DNA of 64,000 nucleotides from Chrysomallon squamiferum. Lineage: Eukaryota > Animalia > Mollusca. Shown here piece after piece: positions 61,655 to 64,000 of the stretch (within the stretch, counting starts at the first letter, position 1; every line of letters begins with the position of its first letter). Below the pieces are notes generated by a model that ran no database searches, had not been told where the DNA came from, and saw only the letters and a program-made list of their open reading frames with translations. Both the position numbers and the translations under genes were made by a program. The DNA is taken from assembly GCA_012295275.1 (NCBI GenBank), contig CM022673.1, positions 28,086,001 to 28,150,000 of the forward strand. Reading direction: 5' to 3'.

Positions 61655-61747
61655 GATTACGTATAACGTTTTGCGTAATCACAGGCATGCTATGACGTCA
61701 TACAATTGTTTTCACTTCGGAGACTAAGAAGCGATTGTTATTCAAAG
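61655..61747 (+). promoter_or_regulatory. bZIP-site cluster (CRE and C/EBP/PAR-like) and probable non-coding first exon of paralogue B
   Basis: GATTACGTA..TTGCGTAATC (61655-61680), palindromic TATGACGTCATA (61691-61702), donor CAAAG|GTAAT at 61747/61748. Confidence 0.45.
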
Positions 61748-62018
61748 GTAATCTCAAAGAATAATAGTCTTTATGTGTATTGTGTGTGTGTATGTATGTG
61801 TGTGTGTGTTTTTCGTGTTTGTATATTATAATGCTCTTCAGACCATCATATTAGTAACTGTTTAATTTTTAAATATTTCTTTTATTATTGTAATTATATA
61901 TATACTGCTTTTGTTATTGTTTTTGTTGTTAATTACTGCTACTACAACAATAACAACAACAACAACAACAACTACTACTACTGTGATTATTGTTGTTGTA
62001 GTTGTTGTTGTTGTAATT

Positions 62019-62094
<76 letters not shown>

Positions 62095-62109
62095 AGAATA
62101 CAGATAAAA

Positions 62110-63774
62110 ATGACCAATACAGTTCCACTGTGGCCTCCAGGCAGTACAGGAAAACGTTCGGGGATTTTGCCTCAAATTCCGGCTCAGTTTTACTACTATG
62201 ATGAAAGAATGGTAAGTACCGTTAACAGTTTTACTACTATGATGAAAGAATGGTAAGTACCGTTAACAGTTTTACTACTATGATGAAAGAATGGTAAGTA
62301 CCGTTAACAGTTTTACTACTATGATGAAAGAATGGTAAGTACCGTTAACAGTTTTACTACTATGATGAAAGAATGGTAAGTACCGTTAACAGTTTTACTG
62401 CTATGAAAACTGGTACATTATACTTTACGTTTTACTGTATGATAAAACATCTGGTACGTAATACTTTAAGTTTTACTGTATGATAAAACATCTGGTACGT
62501 TACCTCTTAAGTTTTATTATAATATGAAAATCTGGTAGGAACTGTCTTAAAAGCTTTATTATATCGTGAAAAAATGATAAATAACCGTTTTAATTTTACT
62601 ATGCGATTAAAGGATAGTACATAATTTTCTGTTTTATTCTGTGGTGAAAATCTGGTATATAACTATTTTTATTTAATAAATAAAAAAACAACAAATAACC
62701 CCCACCAAACCTCCCAAAAAACAACAACAAGCGCCAAAACAACAAAAAAACACAACAACACACACACAAACAAGCTACATAGTTGTAATAGTTTTAGTAT
62801 ACGATGAAAGAATGATATATAACGGTAATAGATTTTGATTAAAAAATGAAACGTTCCACACAAACAAAATGGTAATAGTTTAATCAAGTTTGAAAGAATA
62901 CGATGAATTTGTTTTTTCAGTTTTAGGGTTGTTATTTGATGAAAACGTATCAGGTAAATGAAAAAAAAAAAAAAAAAAAAAAAAAAGACCACAGAAAAAC
63001 AACAACGAAGAAATGTTTTATTTAAACCACACTCTTTTCTGTTTTATTTTCAGACCGGAGTTATGACGGAAAAGTCGCGAAAAGAATTTAAAGAAAAATA
63101 CGGATGTATTTGTAACCATAGACCATACGTTTATCCACGTGTTATTGCTAAGTAGTAAGTATGTGTGTGTGTGTGTGTGTGTCTGTCTGTGTGTGTTATG
63201 TGTGTCTGCTCTTAATGTGCCCTGGCATGATTTTTGTGCGAACGTGTAGATGTGAGTATAGCTATGTAGGTATGTGTGTATATGTCTGTGTATGCCTATA
63301 TGTGTGTAAATGTGTATGTGTGTTTATATGTGTTTGCTTATGTGTGTGTTTCTGTATGTGTGTTTCTTTGTGTGAATGTGTATGTTTTTTGTATGTCTAT
63401 TATGTGTGTGTATATATAAATGCATACATACATATATACATACACAGATATATACATATACATTTACATACATACAAACATAATATCTATATATATATAT
63501 ATATATATATAAATGTTAGAATGTATGTAAGATGAAAAGTATGTCAGTGCTCTACTTACATCTACAGGATCGTAATTAACTGATTAATATTATCGAATAT
63601 GGATATTAAAATCAGAGTATCATTGTATCAATGTGAGACTGGGTATCTATCTACACGTGGGTACATTATTTTCATGTAACTGTTACAGCTGCACAGACGG
63701 TAGCTTGGGTGGACCTTGGAGACACATCAAACAAATAATAGAGCCTGGTGCCAAATTGGATCGTATCAGTGAAG
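62110..63774 (+). CDS. Uncharacterised protein, 'GGxWRHIK' family paralogue B (3' partial); exons 62110-62211, 63054-63154, 63689-63774
   Basis: MTNTVPLWPPGSTGKRSGILPQIPAQFYYYDERM|TGVMTEKSRKEFKEKYGCICNHRPYVYPRVIAKY|CTDGSLGGPWRHIKQIIEPGAKLDRISE. Canonical sites with phases 0,2,1, as in paralogue A. Continues beyond the window. Confidence 0.75.
62185..62400. repeat. 41-bp minisatellite x5 spanning an exon end and splice donor, degenerate copies to ~62660
   Basis: Unit CAGTTTTACTACTATGATGAAAGAATGGTAAGTACCGTTAA; GGTAAGT at 62211, 62252 and onward. Confidence 0.93.
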
Positions 63775-64000
63775 GTACATTCAGTTAACTGTAAATATCA
63801 ACACAACAACACCAACAACGTATCCTTCTGTTGTAACAACAATAACAACAACTACTACCACTACCACTACTGCAACTAATTACAACGATTACTACAATAA
63901 ACTAAACAGAAAAATGATATAACCTTTTGAAAGAAAGTGTTAGTAATTTCACCGCAGTGATTTAGCTCTTCTGGGATTTGATCGAAAATACAGAAATACA

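Overview
AT-rich, microsatellite-dense eukaryotic genomic DNA with GT-AG introns, probably an invertebrate such as a mollusc (taxon inferred, not shown). Manual splicing gives seven protein-coding genes. (1) A 769-aa three-finger C2H2 protein (+, 5873-8728) with SUMO-type repeats, CtBP-type motifs and a C-terminus resembling the MORC3/MORC4 C-terminal domain. (2) A ~183-aa secreted, probably GPI-anchored protein with two 6-Cys modules (+, 20726-23761). (3) A ~1528-aa single-pass cadherin with 23 coding exons (-, 26403-42649): an N-terminal Methyltransf_FA/FAMeT-like domain, 12 EC repeats arranged 3x4, and one apparent +1 frameshift. (4) A Rieske [2Fe-2S] protein (+, 46485-47844). (5) An intronless IkB/cactus-like ankyrin ORF lacking the degron (+, 49658-50398). 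(6-7) Two tandem paralogues of an unrecognised 'GGxWRHIK' family (+, 55582-59619 and 62110 to beyond the window end), each with a minisatellite grown from a splice donor. Most short ORFs in the supplied track are microsatellite or antisense artefacts. Homology calls are from memory and need database confirmation.
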